A stretch of 64,000 nt of DNA from Ginglymostoma cirratum (taxonomy: Eukaryota). Both the position numbers and the translations under genes were made by a program. The stretch lies in contig JAHRHZ010000145.1 of the NCBI GenBank assembly GCA_024137785.1, forward strand, positions 20,916,498 to 20,980,497. Direction: 5' to 3'. Of the stretch, positions 49,201-60,959 are shown piece by piece; position 1 is the stretch's first letter; every line of letters starts with the position of its first letter. The notes under the pieces are model-generated. The model was not told where the DNA came from. It searched no databases and saw only the letters and a list, made by a program, of their open reading frames with translations.

Positions 49201-52200
49201 GGCGGTTGGGATTTCCAGGATTTTGACCTAGTGAAAGGAAGAACACAAATATATATTACCAGAATTAGTTGTTAATGGAAGTTTGAAAATTGATAGTACC
49301 AGTAAGGGTTCTAATCGCCATTCAGTGACCCTTGTTGGAAAGGGAGAAAGCAGGAGAATGGGGATGAGAAACATATCAGCCATGAATGGTGGAGCAGGCA
49401 TGATGGGCCATATGGATGCCTTCTGTTCCTATGTCTTAAGTAGTTTGTACGGTAAGAACTGGATTAGAAGCACTCGTATGCACCGGTCCCAATAAACCAC
49501 CACCATCATCGAGCCTTTCTTTTTTTTTGCTTGATGCAAGGTTTTTTAAAAAAGCAAGGCCATTGGGATATTACAAAAGGCAAATCATCTGTTGAATATT
49601 TTCATCCAGCAAGAACCAGGGCTTTTGCAGGAGGGAAATATTCAGAATGGGGTCAACACAAAACTTATTCCAAATAGAAGTCCATTTTTAACATACCTGT
49701 TCAATGTTATTTGTGTTGATGTATTGTTTGCTAAAGTGTTCTGATGAGGAGATTGCGATTGAATCAGCTGGGTTTGGTGGCTCATGTTCACACACCAACA
49801 ATATTATGTATCCCATATCAAACAAAAAATATGATAGATGAATCAGGACCTTGTACTCTAATCCTTTTATGGTAGCTGAGGAACGAGGCTTGTGTGTGTT
49901 CTGTGTATTTTTGAAAGGCTTAAAATCGATCTATTCCCTTTTGCATATGGTGTGTGCCAACTAGAAAGATCGAGCCAGTAATGCCCAATGCAGTCCTTAG
50001 TTTTGTACCCCCTCCCATCCCATGCCCACTCCCCACCTTAAGTTTGTTCAGTCCCTTCAATGGAATTCTTGTTGGTTTCTAAAGGAACTGGCCGTTTGGA
50101 AAATGTCATTGCATACATTTTTCATACCAACGTAAAATCTACAAAGCACTCTCCTGTCCTCCTCTGTTGAGTGGAGGCATGTTAAGTGAAAAGTTTATTT
50201 TGGATATAAGTGTAGGGCTTACTGCTGAGAAAACAGTGTCTCTTGGGAAGGCAAGGAGTATGGAACTAGCTTCTAATCTGTTTTTTTTCCCTAACAGATA
50301 AAGTCAAACAGGAATCCCCTGTGTACCGGGAAAACTTGCCATACCAACGTCGAGGCTCCTTACAACTGTGGCAGTTCCTTGTGACTCTCCTGGATGATCC
50401 ATCTAATTCTCATTTTATCGCATGGACAGGTCGAGGCATGGAGTTCAAGTTGATTGAACCTGAAGAGGTATGTGTTACATTAGACTTCTTGTCTGTATTT
50501 GGATTGATTGCTGTGCTGCTCTGAATCTGGGCTGTTATACATCTGTTGGTTCCTACCCTTCTACATGGTTGTGTCTCAACTCTAAGCTGGTGCTAATGAC
50601 AGTGGATTCTGGCATTGTTCCCCCAGACTTCACTGGCACAAGGTGAAATGTGCACAAAGATATCACCCCAAACCGTTGTTACCTTTGTCATAACATCTCT
50701 TCAATATAAAAAGCTAAAAGAACCAACCAGATCTACTTTGAAGGAAATGGAAATTGGAATGGCTTACTCAACTTTGCATTTGTTTAGTTCAGCTCAGTAG
50801 AATCAATTCTAAGACAAACTGAATATCTTCTGTTACTGATAACTCTGCTTTATCGCAGCATATCTTAACACTGAATGTTACAAGAAACAGAGTAACTATT
50901 TTAAGGAACACAATCTTTTTAAAATGAATAACAGTGTAATCTTTATAACCTTGTATCAGATTTAACGTATCACTGGGGTGCAAGAAGATAAAACTGCAAC
51001 TGGTCCACATTTATTTCAGATTTACCTAGAAATAGTACATAATAGCTAAGACTTCAGTTCAGTGGTGGTCTGGAACACAGCACATTTCTGAAGTTCAAAC
51101 AATTTCAAAAGTATTGACTGAAGCTCCATTTCCATGGAGACTGGGCCATTTTCTTGTTTTTGCATATTAGGATTTCCGTTGTGCCCCAGGGTTTTAGTAG
51201 AGCCATTCATCTACACTGCCAGGGTGTGGTCACAAGTCTTCATTCATAAAGAGCCGTAACTATGTGCAGCCTTGTCTCCAGTAACTACTTATATCTTTTG
51301 CTTGCCTGGAGCTACTGTCTGTTGTTTAAATTATACGTGTGTGGGATGAGATGAAGGCATCAACTGTCTTAATTTGCTCGTGTCCTTCAGCTACACAGTC
51401 CAAAAAGGCGATGTTTCCCACAAATTACTTGAAGAAATTCCAGTGTGATCGCAATCTGTTCAGAAAATATTTGCTCTTGAGGGTATTGTATAGCTCATGG
51501 ATATAGATAGGTGACTGCCTTGGGTTTGCTGAGATCACTGAAAGGAAACCATGGAATGGACCAGTCATAGGCTCCCACTGGGGTTAGGGAAGGTTTTAGT
51601 TGAAACCGCATAGTACTTTTCAGACTTGTATGGACAGCTATGTACTGGGTGGAATTATGCTCATATGGAATTACTGGAAACTATTGCTGCCTGAAAATGG
51701 ATCCAGACCCGAGTGAAACTTGGAGACTGGCTGCATCCCCCTTTTTTGTAACACAATATTTCAAATCCATTCCCTCTTGTATCATCCAAACAGATTTTGT
51801 ATGAAAATCTCTAAAAGCAACAATTAATTATCATTTGTACTAAGATCCTGCATTTATATAAATATAATGCACAAAGCTGCCTAAGCTGTTTCTTTAGGTA
51901 CCAAATGTAGGAAATATTTCTGGAAAAGAAAATTAAGTTCATCCGCAGTTATGTATTCATTCACTTCTACTTGCAAATTTGTGTCCTTTAGGAATAATTT
52001 ACTGTTATCAGATGCTAACCTCCAGTATCACAGTCAACAGAATAAACAGGCAGAAGGGGACTTGATTTAGTCTAGATTTAGGGAGGAAGGGGAGAAATTA
52101 CAGATCATTTCTGGGGTTCTCCTGATTCAGAACACCTTGTATTATAGTGTTAATGCCTCACCCATTCCTTCCTAATGCAGACTAATGCATGATATTAACT

Positions 52201-54204
52201 ACAAAATTGCATAAAATGCCTATCTGGAGTATTCGTCAAAGTAGGTGTTTTTTTTTTTTGCATAGTCTATTCGACATTTATTTCCCTCTTTCGATGGTGG
52301 ATTTTGAGAATGAATACAGAAAAGTCCACAAAATCAGCAAGTTATGTCAGTGTACTGCAGCTTGCTGCATCAGCAAGAACATTTGGGGAAAGTAAGAGGG
52401 GACTGTAAAAGTGACCTTTATCAGGGTTGGAATAACAGTGGATGGATAAACTGCACTTCAAGAACTGGATTATGCTGCTACGGCAACAGTGAAATTTGTA
52501 TCAAGTGAATATTTTGATATGAGGGTTATGCATATTTGAGAGGTGCACATTTTAACAAATTGCAACTTTGTTTAAAAATTGCAGTGGCTTTCCACCTGGT
52601 TGTGGCTCTGAAAATACGTAAAATGGAAGATTTCTTTAGCCACTGGCCAACCAAGTGAAGTTTGATTTGAATCAAAAGCTTCCTTCACTGGTTTGTGCGT
52701 TAGTGGTCAAAATAACAGTACAACTCATTTTTCAGAGTACAGGCAGTGTTTTTTAAGCCTTACTTGAAATCGAAGTAGTTGGATATGAAAGATGCTGTAT
52801 TGGTCATTGAGCTCATCTACTACAAATGCTTGATACATCCACCTTTTTCAGCTGGTCATTTGAAGATGTGCAAGAAAGTGATTTAAAGATTGCATTGTGT
52901 TGCAATAAATGCTGGCCAGCAAGTTGAAGTTCAGGAAGACCAGTAGACTAGTTAGCGACCTTTTGCTTTTGAGAGTATTTAAAGCTCTAATTTTTATTCT
53001 GAATGAGCGTTGTTCTTTTATCTCTGTTCAACCTTATTCTACAAATACATATTTGGAGTTCCCAGTACTTTGTTTGAATTACTGGATTGGTTGCCCTTGG
53101 GAGCAGAAGTACTGTCATTTTTGTGCTTTTCTAAAAAAGATGCACTGGTGATAAGCAATAAACACTTTCTAAAATCTCATTAAAATCATGCTTGCCACAT
53201 CAGCAGCTCCATTAGTAAACAGCTGAAGCACTATACTGTTACAGTGGTGACCTATGGGTCTTCTATTGATTTTCTGAATTCAGGCTCCTGCATTTACTGA
53301 AATGCTGCTAATGGGATATAGATCAATAGTGCAACCGCAGAGTCTGTGGTCACTTTATCTTTGTATCCATTTAAGAGCTCATTTGAGTGGTCTCCATATC
53401 TATGAATATATAAACACAGCTTTCGTTTCCTTCTTTGTGCTTTCCTGCTGCAGGTTGCTCGGCGCTGGGGTATCCAGAAAAACCGCCCAGCGATGAACTA
53501 TGACAAACTGAGCCGCTCGCTTCGCTATTACTATGAAAAGGGCATCATGCAAAAGGTGGGGAAAAGATCCAGATTTAAGAGAAAATAAATTTGAGGGTGT
53601 TTATAGTGTCAGGACTCTCTAACCTTCAATGGCCTTAAACTGGAATCATTTGTGCGAAAGCTGTCCAAGATGCACAGCTTTAAGTATTTCATTCATGTTG
53701 CAACTTAACATGTTGAAGTGAAATTTGTTTTTTTTTGTTTCCAAGTACAAAATGTTGTATCAGCCTTCCAAAATGGTAAGGGTTCAAATATTGATTTGTG
53801 CAGCTGTAAATTGTGTTCACTGCATATCCTATAACCATCTCTTGCCCCTTGGTTAATGGGTCTAACATTTGTATTGAGTCTTGACTCCTTTCCTGCACTG
53901 GGTATTGTATTTAAAATCAGTTTTCCAGTCTGGAATATCGCTACTGATGGACAATTATGTACTCTTTGCTTCTGCTCTTTAGGTTGCTGGGGAGCGGTAT
54001 GTGTACAAGTTTGTATGTGACCCCGAGGCACTTTTCTCCATGGCCTTCCCAGACAATCAGCGCCCCTTCCTGAAGACTGAAATCGACTGTCATATTAACA
54101 AGGAGGATACTGTTCCCCTCACGCATTTCGATGATAATGCAGCCTACTTGTTGGAAATGGATCACTGCAACAACCTCCAGTATCCAGAGGGCTTTGCATA
54201 TTGA
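28226..54204 (+). CDS. ETV5: ETS translocation variant 5 (ERM), PEA3-subfamily ETS transcription factor; spliced CDS of 12 exons, 505 aa
   Basis: Joined exons 28226-28273, 28461-28548, 28655-28702, 28843-28896, 39669-39795, 42231-42500, 44375-44625, 47163-47231, 48889-48957, 50298-50467, 53454-53555 and 53983-54204 give 1518 nt, in frame, with GT-AG introns. The protein runs [12 protein letters not shown]...[23 protein letters not shown]...[18 protein letters not shown]...[52 protein letters not shown] and the terminal EGFAY match ETV5 better than ETV1 or ETV4 (recalled sequences). Confidence 0.95.
28461..28548 (+). CDS. ETV5: ETV5 coding exon 2 ([29 protein letters not shown])
   Basis: tgtttctcAG acceptor, AAG|GTAAGT donor, 88 nt. 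Confidence 0.95.
28655..28702 (+). CDS. ETV5: ETV5 coding exon 3 ([16 protein letters not shown]; acidic transactivation helix)
   Basis: tttttccAG acceptor, AAG|GTAAGT donor, 48 nt. Confidence 0.95.
28843..28896 (+). CDS. ETV5: ETV5 coding exon 4 ([18 protein letters not shown]; COP1 degron-like ExxVP motifs)
   Basis: tgtcccctgcAG acceptor, ACT|GTAAGT donor, 54 nt. Confidence 0.95.
30390..30510 (-). mobile_element. Deu-SINE/L2-type 3' tail fragment
   Basis: gaaagacttgtattta...tgcctttca...acagccagtaaagtactttt...aagtgtagtca, the reverse complement of the SINE tail type seen at 25870-25965. Confidence 0.55.
32415..32642 (-). mobile_element. 5'-truncated HE1-like SINE
   Basis: Collinear with 20216-20465 (ccctacagtgtgg...ggcaatttagcatgg...cacatctttggactgt). 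Confidence 0.85.
34490..34972 (+). mobile_element. L2-clade LINE 3' fragment
   Basis: Degenerate ADLQWLAV and [10 protein letters not shown] (cf. L2 LHWLPV...FK.LHG) and an L2-like tail. Confidence 0.6.
36312..36808 (-). mobile_element. CR1-clade LINE 3' fragment in an ETV5 intron
   Basis: ORF 36489-36671(-): [10 protein letters not shown]...TRGHRF...[15 protein letters not shown]. Confidence 0.88.
37735..39450 (+). mobile_element. CR1-clade LINE, 1.7-kb 3' fragment with a broken RT domain
   Basis: PGNYRPVS near 38085, VDVVYMDF...FDKVP near 38276, [25 protein letters not shown] near 38905; CR1 3' tail; many frameshifts. Confidence 0.92.
39669..39795 (+). CDS. ETV5: ETV5 coding exon 5 ([18 protein letters not shown]...YGENCLYSY)
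   Basis: tttatttcAG acceptor, AG|GTACTA donor, 127 nt; carries the IKRE SUMO consensus. Confidence 0.92.
40430..40600 (-). mobile_element. CR1 3' terminal fragment
   Basis: cataagacatcggggcagaagtaggccattcg...; homologous to 63283-63500. Confidence 0.75.
40777..40812 (-). ncRNA. Minimal type-I hammerhead ribozyme motif, inverted copy
   Basis: Exact reverse complement of 41332-41367. Confidence 0.7.
40888..41287. other. Assembly gap (400 N)
   Basis: Run of N. Confidence 1.
41332..41367 (+). ncRNA. Minimal type-I hammerhead ribozyme motif (Penelope-like element type)
   Basis: ATTT-CTGATGA-A-GGGT-TTAG-GCCC-GAAAC-GTC-AAGT: complete core, stem II GGGU/GCCC, loop-less palindromic ACGU stem III, 4-bp stem I; predicted cleavage after C41363. 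Confidence 0.7.
42231..42500 (+). CDS. ETV5: ETV5 coding exon 6 ([22 protein letters not shown]...[10 protein letters not shown]...YAPEH)
   Basis: Long polypyrimidine tract plus cAG acceptor, CAG|GTATGG donor, 270 nt; TP/SP MAPK-type sites. Confidence 0.93.
44375..44625 (+). CDS. ETV5: ETV5 coding exon 7 ([12 protein letters not shown]...FKQEYHD...[12 protein letters not shown])
   Basis: aAG acceptor, CAG|GTTGGT donor, 251 nt; two RQMS motifs, FKQE and IKQE SUMO consensus sites. Confidence 0.93.
47163..47231 (+). CDS. ETV5: ETV5 coding exon 8 ([23 protein letters not shown])
   Basis: cAG acceptor (tandem CAG AAG), AAG|GTGAGT donor, 69 nt. Confidence 0.92.
48889..48957 (+). CDS. ETV5: ETV5 coding exon 9 ([23 protein letters not shown])
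   Basis: cttcctAG acceptor, ACC|GTAAGT donor, 69 nt. Confidence 0.94.
49062..49440. mobile_element. Two LINE-end fragments (49062-49250 and CR1 tail 49330-49440 on +)
   Basis: 49330-49440 is a reverse-complement homolog of 40430-40560; 49062-49170 resembles 16478-16520 and the reverse complement of 21750-21790. Confidence 0.55.
50298..50467 (+). CDS. ETV5: ETV5 coding exon 10 (HKVKQE...[40 protein letters not shown]; ETS domain start)
   Basis: T-tract plus aacAG acceptor, GAG|GTATGT donor, 170 nt. Confidence 0.97.
53454..53555 (+). CDS. ETV5: ETV5 coding exon 11 ([34 protein letters not shown]; ETS recognition helix)
   Basis: Polypyrimidine tract plus cAG acceptor, AAG|GTGGGG donor, 102 nt. 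Confidence 0.97.
53983..54204 (+). CDS. ETV5: ETV5 coding exon 12 ([33 protein letters not shown]...[11 protein letters not shown]...YPEGFAY*)
   Basis: ctctttAG acceptor; TGA stop at 54202-54204. Confidence 0.97.
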   Translation, partial: VAGERYVYKFVCDPEALFSMAFPDNQRPFLKTEIDCHINKEDTVPLTHFDDNAAYLLEMDHCNNLQYPEGFAY

Positions 54205-55790
54205 CTTGAATCGAGCAGCCCAATGTGACTGAATGCATCATTGTCCAGCTGAAAAGAGCATCTTATGTGGTACTGTTGCACTCAGCTGTTAGGAATCCAG
54301 CTCTTCAGAACGTTCAAGAGCCTAAAAGTTGTACAGTAGCCTCTCACTACTGAAGAAGCTGCCATCTGCTTCACTGACGACGCACTAACAAGCGTGACTT
54401 AATACGGCTAAGTCCTCCACGTTGATAGTTATGGGGTGGGGGGAAGCCAAAACTCTGTGTTCTGGTGTGGCATTTGCGATTGTTCAGCGTGGCATTCACA
54501 GAGCTTGGATAGACCATGTGACTGTAGCGTTTGTTATGACAATCTGCTTTCCGTTGAACAGTTCTTTCAGCTGCCTTTCTGATGTTAAAGGGCTTCAACT
54601 TGCACAATCCCACAGTCGTATCATGGGTCAGATTCAAAGAAAACAGTGTGCGCTGTTGCCTGTAGGTCTGTGCCCTGGATTGAATACGAACTGGCACTGT
54701 ATTAAGTAGCTAAAGAGAAGAGTCCTGGCTACCTGAGACTCCAATACAGTACAGCTTGTAGTTCATTTTGTTCTTTTTTAAAAAATGCTTAAGTGTTTTA
54801 CCTGTTTAAACTCTGAAGTTATTTGACACCTCCTACACTATTTTTCTTCTGGCTCCTTTTCTAAACTACACTTGTGTATGTAGCAATTTTTAAAATGGTT
54901 TTAATTCAGTTCTTCTCACGTGGATGAAGAGCTTTATTCAGGTTTACCACTGCCATTTGATTTTTTCCTCCCACTTCTGCCCCATCCCAGTTCTGATGCT
55001 TAATCTTTCTACAATAGAAAAAGCTGGAATCAATTCTTAGCTCGATCCATCTCTAGGGAAGCCGTTGCATTCAGTACCTTTGTGTACAAATTGTTTCTGT
55101 AATGAGGTTATGCTTGTAATATTTTGAGGTGGGAATATGTGGGGTTGGGTAAAAGGAAGCCATCAACAGGTATTTTTCAAAATTTCAGAAGTGTATTAAA
55201 TTTTGAAGCTTTTTTGTCTTTGTATTTAAGGCAAAACCTTTTTGTTAATGGCACGGCACTCTGAAGTATAGAGTTCCAATATTTTGGTGATAATGTTACA
55301 GCTTTAATCAAGGGGTTAGGGCTTTTACTGTGTAACACAGTTAATCCTGCTGCAGGTTTTAGATGCCTGCTTAAGCTTTGCACCGTTAACCTTTCACAAT
55401 TTAACGTTTGAAAATCTAAATATAGGTATGACTGTTTCTGCCCACAGTATCTTGCAATGGTACATTGCAATTGTATAATTACAGCATATCCTCACTCTTT
55501 CAGTTCTTTATATTTTATGTATAAAGTCCCCAGGGTTTATATTATTGGAAACAAAATTATTTTTACACCAGATCTCAATTGTATTTTATTTTAGGAGTTC
55601 ACTTTTTTTTCTTGCTTCTACTCTTAAATCGGATGCTGCAAAGATCAATTTAATGGATGCATTAATTGTGAAAACCTTGCAGCAGTTCTTTTCAAATTGT
55701 GTTGTGCATTTAAGGGAAACCCTGCCTTGTACACCAAATAAATGTTTCATCTCTATTGTGTACAATAAAGTTTTTTGTTTCTTTGCCTCA
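54205..55790 (+). other. ETV5: ETV5 3' UTR (about 1.6 kb, end approximate)
   Basis: U-rich sequence with no recognisable repeats between the stop codon and the tandem AATAAA signals. Confidence 0.65.
55737..55769 (+). terminator. Tandem polyadenylation signals
   Basis: AATAAA at 55737-55742 and 55764-55769, each preceded by TGTA and followed by T/GT-rich sequence. Confidence 0.7.
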
Positions 55791-58552
55791 CACTTTTTTT
55801 TTTAAACGTTGCCTTTTGTCAAATAAGAGGGTGAGGATTTGGTGGCTTGTTGCTGTTCCAGATTTGAAGAGGAAGAAACTGCAGTTCCAGGCCAGGTTTT
55901 TTTTTAAACTCAGTAGCTTCTACCAGTGAGTCTGCCTTGAATTCTAGTACACATCTGTTGAAATCTAATTAGTTGAGTATACATGGAGTATTGCTAAAAA
56001 TTTTGGAGGAAACCAGTTCAGAAATGAGGAATCTGAGAGGAGAAATGCAGGTCTGTTAAGATGTGTTTGGATTAGATGTGCATAAATGCATGGAGAGTAG
56101 CAACTGAAGCCTGTAAGCCACATACACAGGTTGCCATATAGGAATATATACTGGCACAAAGATGTCAGAAGATTGGGAACTTGGAAATATTATTGGTGTT
56201 CTGTTCCAAACAGCATGCACACTTTTTTTTTGGTGAGGATTGTCAGTCACTAGCTTGGATAGGACATTACAATGGGTACGGGGAGCATGCACTGAACTTA
56301 TGCAGATAGGAAGACCACAACGGCAATCAGTGTGTAATGCTTTGATGCTAATATTGCCATTTTGCAATTCGATGTTGCAGCTAATCCCTGTCATAAAACT
56401 TAACACAACTGAACATATATGCAATAGGAGGTACTCCCCATCCTAATCCTCCACCAGTGCTATTTATAAGGGGTTATTCTCTTTACTTTCTAGTCAGTTT
56501 ATTTATTTTGCTACTGGCTCTTCCTTAGAATGCACAAATATTGGATGATCTATTATTTGAAGTTGCTGAAGTCTACAGTCTTCTGGCAAGTAAAGAAGGA
56601 CTTAATCCTGACTTTATGATGTGTGTGGTAGTTTTCACCCTGTTGGATGAAGTAGAGCGGAGGAGGCATGCTGCTTTATTTGCCAATTAAAACCAGGAGT
56701 ATTTCCGTGCAAATTGACAACCTCAGCCTTTGCCAACCTATGCACATTTCTTGCCTTTGGATAGGTAACGTGTCCATACAGGAGAAAGTGCCCCTTTTTT
56801 TGGGTCTGTGGATGTAAACTCTGTGGACTTTGGGAAAATTAATGATATCTTTGAGCATGTGGCAGTTGCTTGAAGGACAAAAGTAAGTACCTGCAAAGCT
56901 TTAGTTGGTTCCTACTACTTTAAATAACTGATTAATCTAATAAGATTTTCTTCTAGCTCCCTGATGACCGGATTAAGTGATTCACTTGAATGCTCCTATT
57001 CACAATGGTCATGTGTATACAAGCTCGTATATAATTCTTAGAATTTCCTTGTGGGTTCTCCAATGGAAGATTGGCAGAACTCCATGAAAAATGGTGTTAA
57101 AAAGCTAAAAATGGCTGTTTGTATCATTTCTTCATAGTTTGTAGCAAAATTGTGGTATGGGTTTGGCAGGAAAGTCCTCCCTACCCCTCTCAGCATGTGG
57201 GCATGCTCCCAAATGCAATCTGCTGCACCAACTGCTCTCACTTGAGCTGGTACCATTCATTTCCACATACTTGGTTGATGGAAGGGAATCATTAGACCGC
57301 AGATGTTATCCACTATCTCCTTTGCTGAATTGTGTGTGGAAATTGGTGAAACTGTATCAGGCTTTCCCTGTACTACAGTCTACAGATGGCCAGACTACTC
57401 TTTACTTACTCTGTAGGTTTACATAAGTATAACTATAAGATGACTGAGCCTGTGCGTAAGTTCTCTGTCAAGATAGTCAGCACCTCTTTGAGAAGAGCAA
57501 AATAACGTTGTTTTGATAGTTCCTGACTTGTTTCTATCGATCTGTGATAAAGAGAGACAACTAGTCACACGCAGCCCCCAGTTTGCTGTAATTTCCTGGT
57601 CCACCACTGAGAATCTAGATGGTGCAAATTCCCAACATGCGCTGGAACAGTCATCAATGAAAGATATCTCGCCTTGTTGTTGCAGAATATTACACTCTGT
57701 TGGAGACTGACTTGTTCAGAAGGAACAGGTGGTAATCCTAACCTGTGGCCACCAGGGTTACAGTTGCCTTGAAGTTTAAGCCATTGGCTGACTTTAAGGA
57801 ACAGCTGGAAATCTGTATGACAACTCCCAATCATTGACCTATAAATGAGTCTGGACTATTATTGCTAACTTTCTCAAGGGCACTGCTCTTCCTGTTATTC
57901 CCCTGTGACGATGAGCCCCAAACAGTTTGAGCAGTGGGGTTTTCTACCCTTGCTTACCCATAGGTACAGGGATCCACTGACTGCACCTACATTGGCGAAG
58001 AGGCACTCTCAAAGCAAGTTACAGCCCATTGCTGTCTAATCCTGGTAATCTGCACCAAATATCCTCCAGTGGTGCCATGATTCTTGTATACAAGTGATAC
58101 AACTGGTCCTCGGCTGCTGAAGGAAGAGGAATGACCCTCCCAACACAGCTCATGACACCATGAAATCCTCAATGAAGCTTCAACCCTGCTCACTTTTTCC
58201 ACTAGGGCCATAGTTTGAACAGACAATAGGCCTCTTTGTGGTCAGGTTTCATTACCAGATCAGCTTCAATGGAACCATGTAGTATGACCCAGAAAGGATG
58301 TGTTGTATCACGTGATATAGTAAACCTGTCCCAACTGCAGACTAAATGGAGGATCAACAGGATAATTCGAGGGATGAGGATCAGATTGTTGACCAAGAGG
58401 GCTGTTCAAGAGATCATGACAGAATAAGACATCCCAGAGTTCAAGAAACTAGAGAGAAGCTAATTGCAACCGACTTCCAGGATGAATCAATGAACTTAGT
58501 TTAGAGACTGTTGTTAGTTTGTCAAGCAGCTCCTGCTTAGGATAGGATTATA

Positions 58553-58632
58553 GAATCGCCTCTGTGTGGAAGTAGGCCATTCAGCCCATCAGGTCCACAC
58601 TGACTTTCTGAAGAAGATCCTTCTCAGACCCA
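58553..58632 (-). mobile_element. HE1-like SINE/CR1 tail remnant
   Basis: gtgtggaagtaggccattcagcccatcaggtccacac matches 20228-20270 and 32428-32470. Confidence 0.6.
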
Positions 58633-60198
58633 GATGTGAGTCATGTGGACCTTGTTTTTGTACCAATTATATTGGTGTCTTTTGACCTTGTGTGTTTCTG
58701 CATAAATGTTTCATTATCCTTGTAATCGTAGGTTTGATATCCTACTTTAAAATAATCCAAATATCTTGCATGACTGTTAGTGCATTTAGTTACGTTTTCC
58801 CTAACATCACATGGTGCTATCAGAATATCATGCCTTATAAATATGGCTTCCATTGTCATCGGAAATAAAGTGAGTCATAGTGACCTCAAAATATTAACTG
58901 TTTCTCTCCCCACACAGGAGTCCAGCCAGATTCCCTGAGTTTCTCCAGCACTTTGTTTTATATCATATGAGTTTCATGCAGTACAGTCCCTCATGATGGC
59001 CACCAGCTTGACATCTCCTTTTGACCCTTCCATCATCAGTAACCTTTCTGTTTCAAAATGCGATGAGGCTATTAAGTTACCTTGAAATGCTTGAATATCA
59101 TCCAGGACAATGGTGAACCTGTGTAAAGCAGTGCTTTGTGCAGCTTCTCTCAGCACTCCTGTAGACTATGAGAGAGAGTAGAAGTGTGAGCTGTCCATTT
59201 TACACCTCCCAGCCTTGAATGGCAGTATGTTCCCTTGAAAAAATGTGTGGATGGAATGAACCGTCACTGTTTCTGTATTCTCACTCACAAGGTTTGTGTA
59301 AATCTGAAATGATATGTGCAGGCCAAGGCCTATCTCATTCTCTGCATGGAGTATTTAGCTTCAATGTTGTCCATATTAAAGTGCAATGCCTTGGCTGCAA
59401 TCCTCAATGTCACAATTCAAGGATCCCTGATATTGGCGATTCTCTATAGTCAAGGAGTCGGTTGCTGGTGAGAGATGAGCAATATATGCCATTACAGTTC
59501 CTTTCACCTGTGAATGTCTGGAGATGCTTGTCTCACAAATTTGTATTGCAGCAGATATTTTAAACAATGCAAGTGAGTAATACTTACAAAGGTGAAAGAC
59601 TATTTGCAATGATGTTGCACCCATGACACGAACATGCCCTCAATATTTTTTCTTCTTCACCTTCCTAAGTGCAGTCCCGACTTCCACAGTTTCTGCCACA
59701 TGATTCATTGAGAATGAAGTAGAAAGCAGAAGTGTACACAGGGAAAATTCACCCCAATCCCTGGTGAACCTGACCGCAAAACTGACTCATCACTACACTT
59801 TAACTGTAAATGGGAAAATTCGTTCCATTCATTCATCAACATCCACTTGACATCTGTTTCAATGACCTGGAAGTGGTAATGATTAACTTTTGACCCTAGG
59901 CATGTCTTAAAGCCACTAAGAAAAGCATTAAGATTTGCCTTCCAATATTTATTAATAAATGATGCACATTATGTATAGTCTGATTTTGTAGAGCTAAAGT
60001 CACTATAAAATAGATGGCAATTTGTTGTAACAATCTGCCTGTTGCAAAGATTATTCAAGTGCTGAATGGAAAGACCAAATTAAGTCTGTCTAATCTGCTG
60101 TTAACCAGATGCCATTCATTGCCTTGTTTAGAATCTCAATGACATTACCCAGGCCAGAACTGAAATCATGTACCTTAGTGAGGTGCTATCCTGCTCCT

Positions 60199-60262
60199 GT
60201 TTTCCTGCTCCTATGATGCTGCTTGACCTGCTGTGTTCATCCAGCCCCACGCTTGTTATCTC
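60199..60262 (+). repeat. Short copy of the same subfamily as the 40.7-41.4 kb insertion (hammerhead absent)
   Basis: gttttcctgctcctatgatgctgcttgacctgctgtgttcatccagccccacgcttgttatct is nearly identical to 41366-41428. Confidence 0.85.
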
Positions 60263-60959
60263 TGCTAGCCTCCATCCCTGGTTTGTTTTCAAATTACAGT
60301 TACATTTACCTAAAGTCATATTCTGTCAGACTGGGCAATGTTAAAATTTCATGTATGATATAAATAGTAAAGACAAATGCTTCCAGAATCTATCGAATAC
60401 ATTTAAAACGGGATTAAAAAAGGAATTTAGCGCAGTCGAGTGGTGTTTAAACAAAGCAAATCATTTTGAAGTGTTTTAGCTCTGAAGCAAAATCACATGA
60501 GCTTGCTTCTTTCACTCACTGCCAGACTCTCTAATTGCTTATAAAAGATGTCAAAAAGTATCTCAAGGCTGTCGACAGGAGTTGGAAGATCAGGCACTAC
60601 GTCAACTTCATTGAAATTGTCATTTTCCTTACTAATTTAGTTATCCACTGAGATGATCGCACTGAAAAATTCAAAATTATCAGGGGCCTGGATGGAATGA
60701 GACATGAGGGGCTATGATCCCTAACAGTTGAATCCAAAACAAGGAGAGCACAATTTAAGGATAAGGAGCCAATAATTTGGGAATCAGGAGATTAGGAAAT
60801 TCTTCTTCAGAACTTGGCACATTTTGTTGCAACTTTTTATTTTACACTCATCAGGACATTTTGCGAGAATACAAATGCAAGGGATATTCACACAAACATT
60901 TACACTACATGGAAGTGTTGCAAGGCCTCAAGGCCAACATGGACATATATTTTAGTGAA

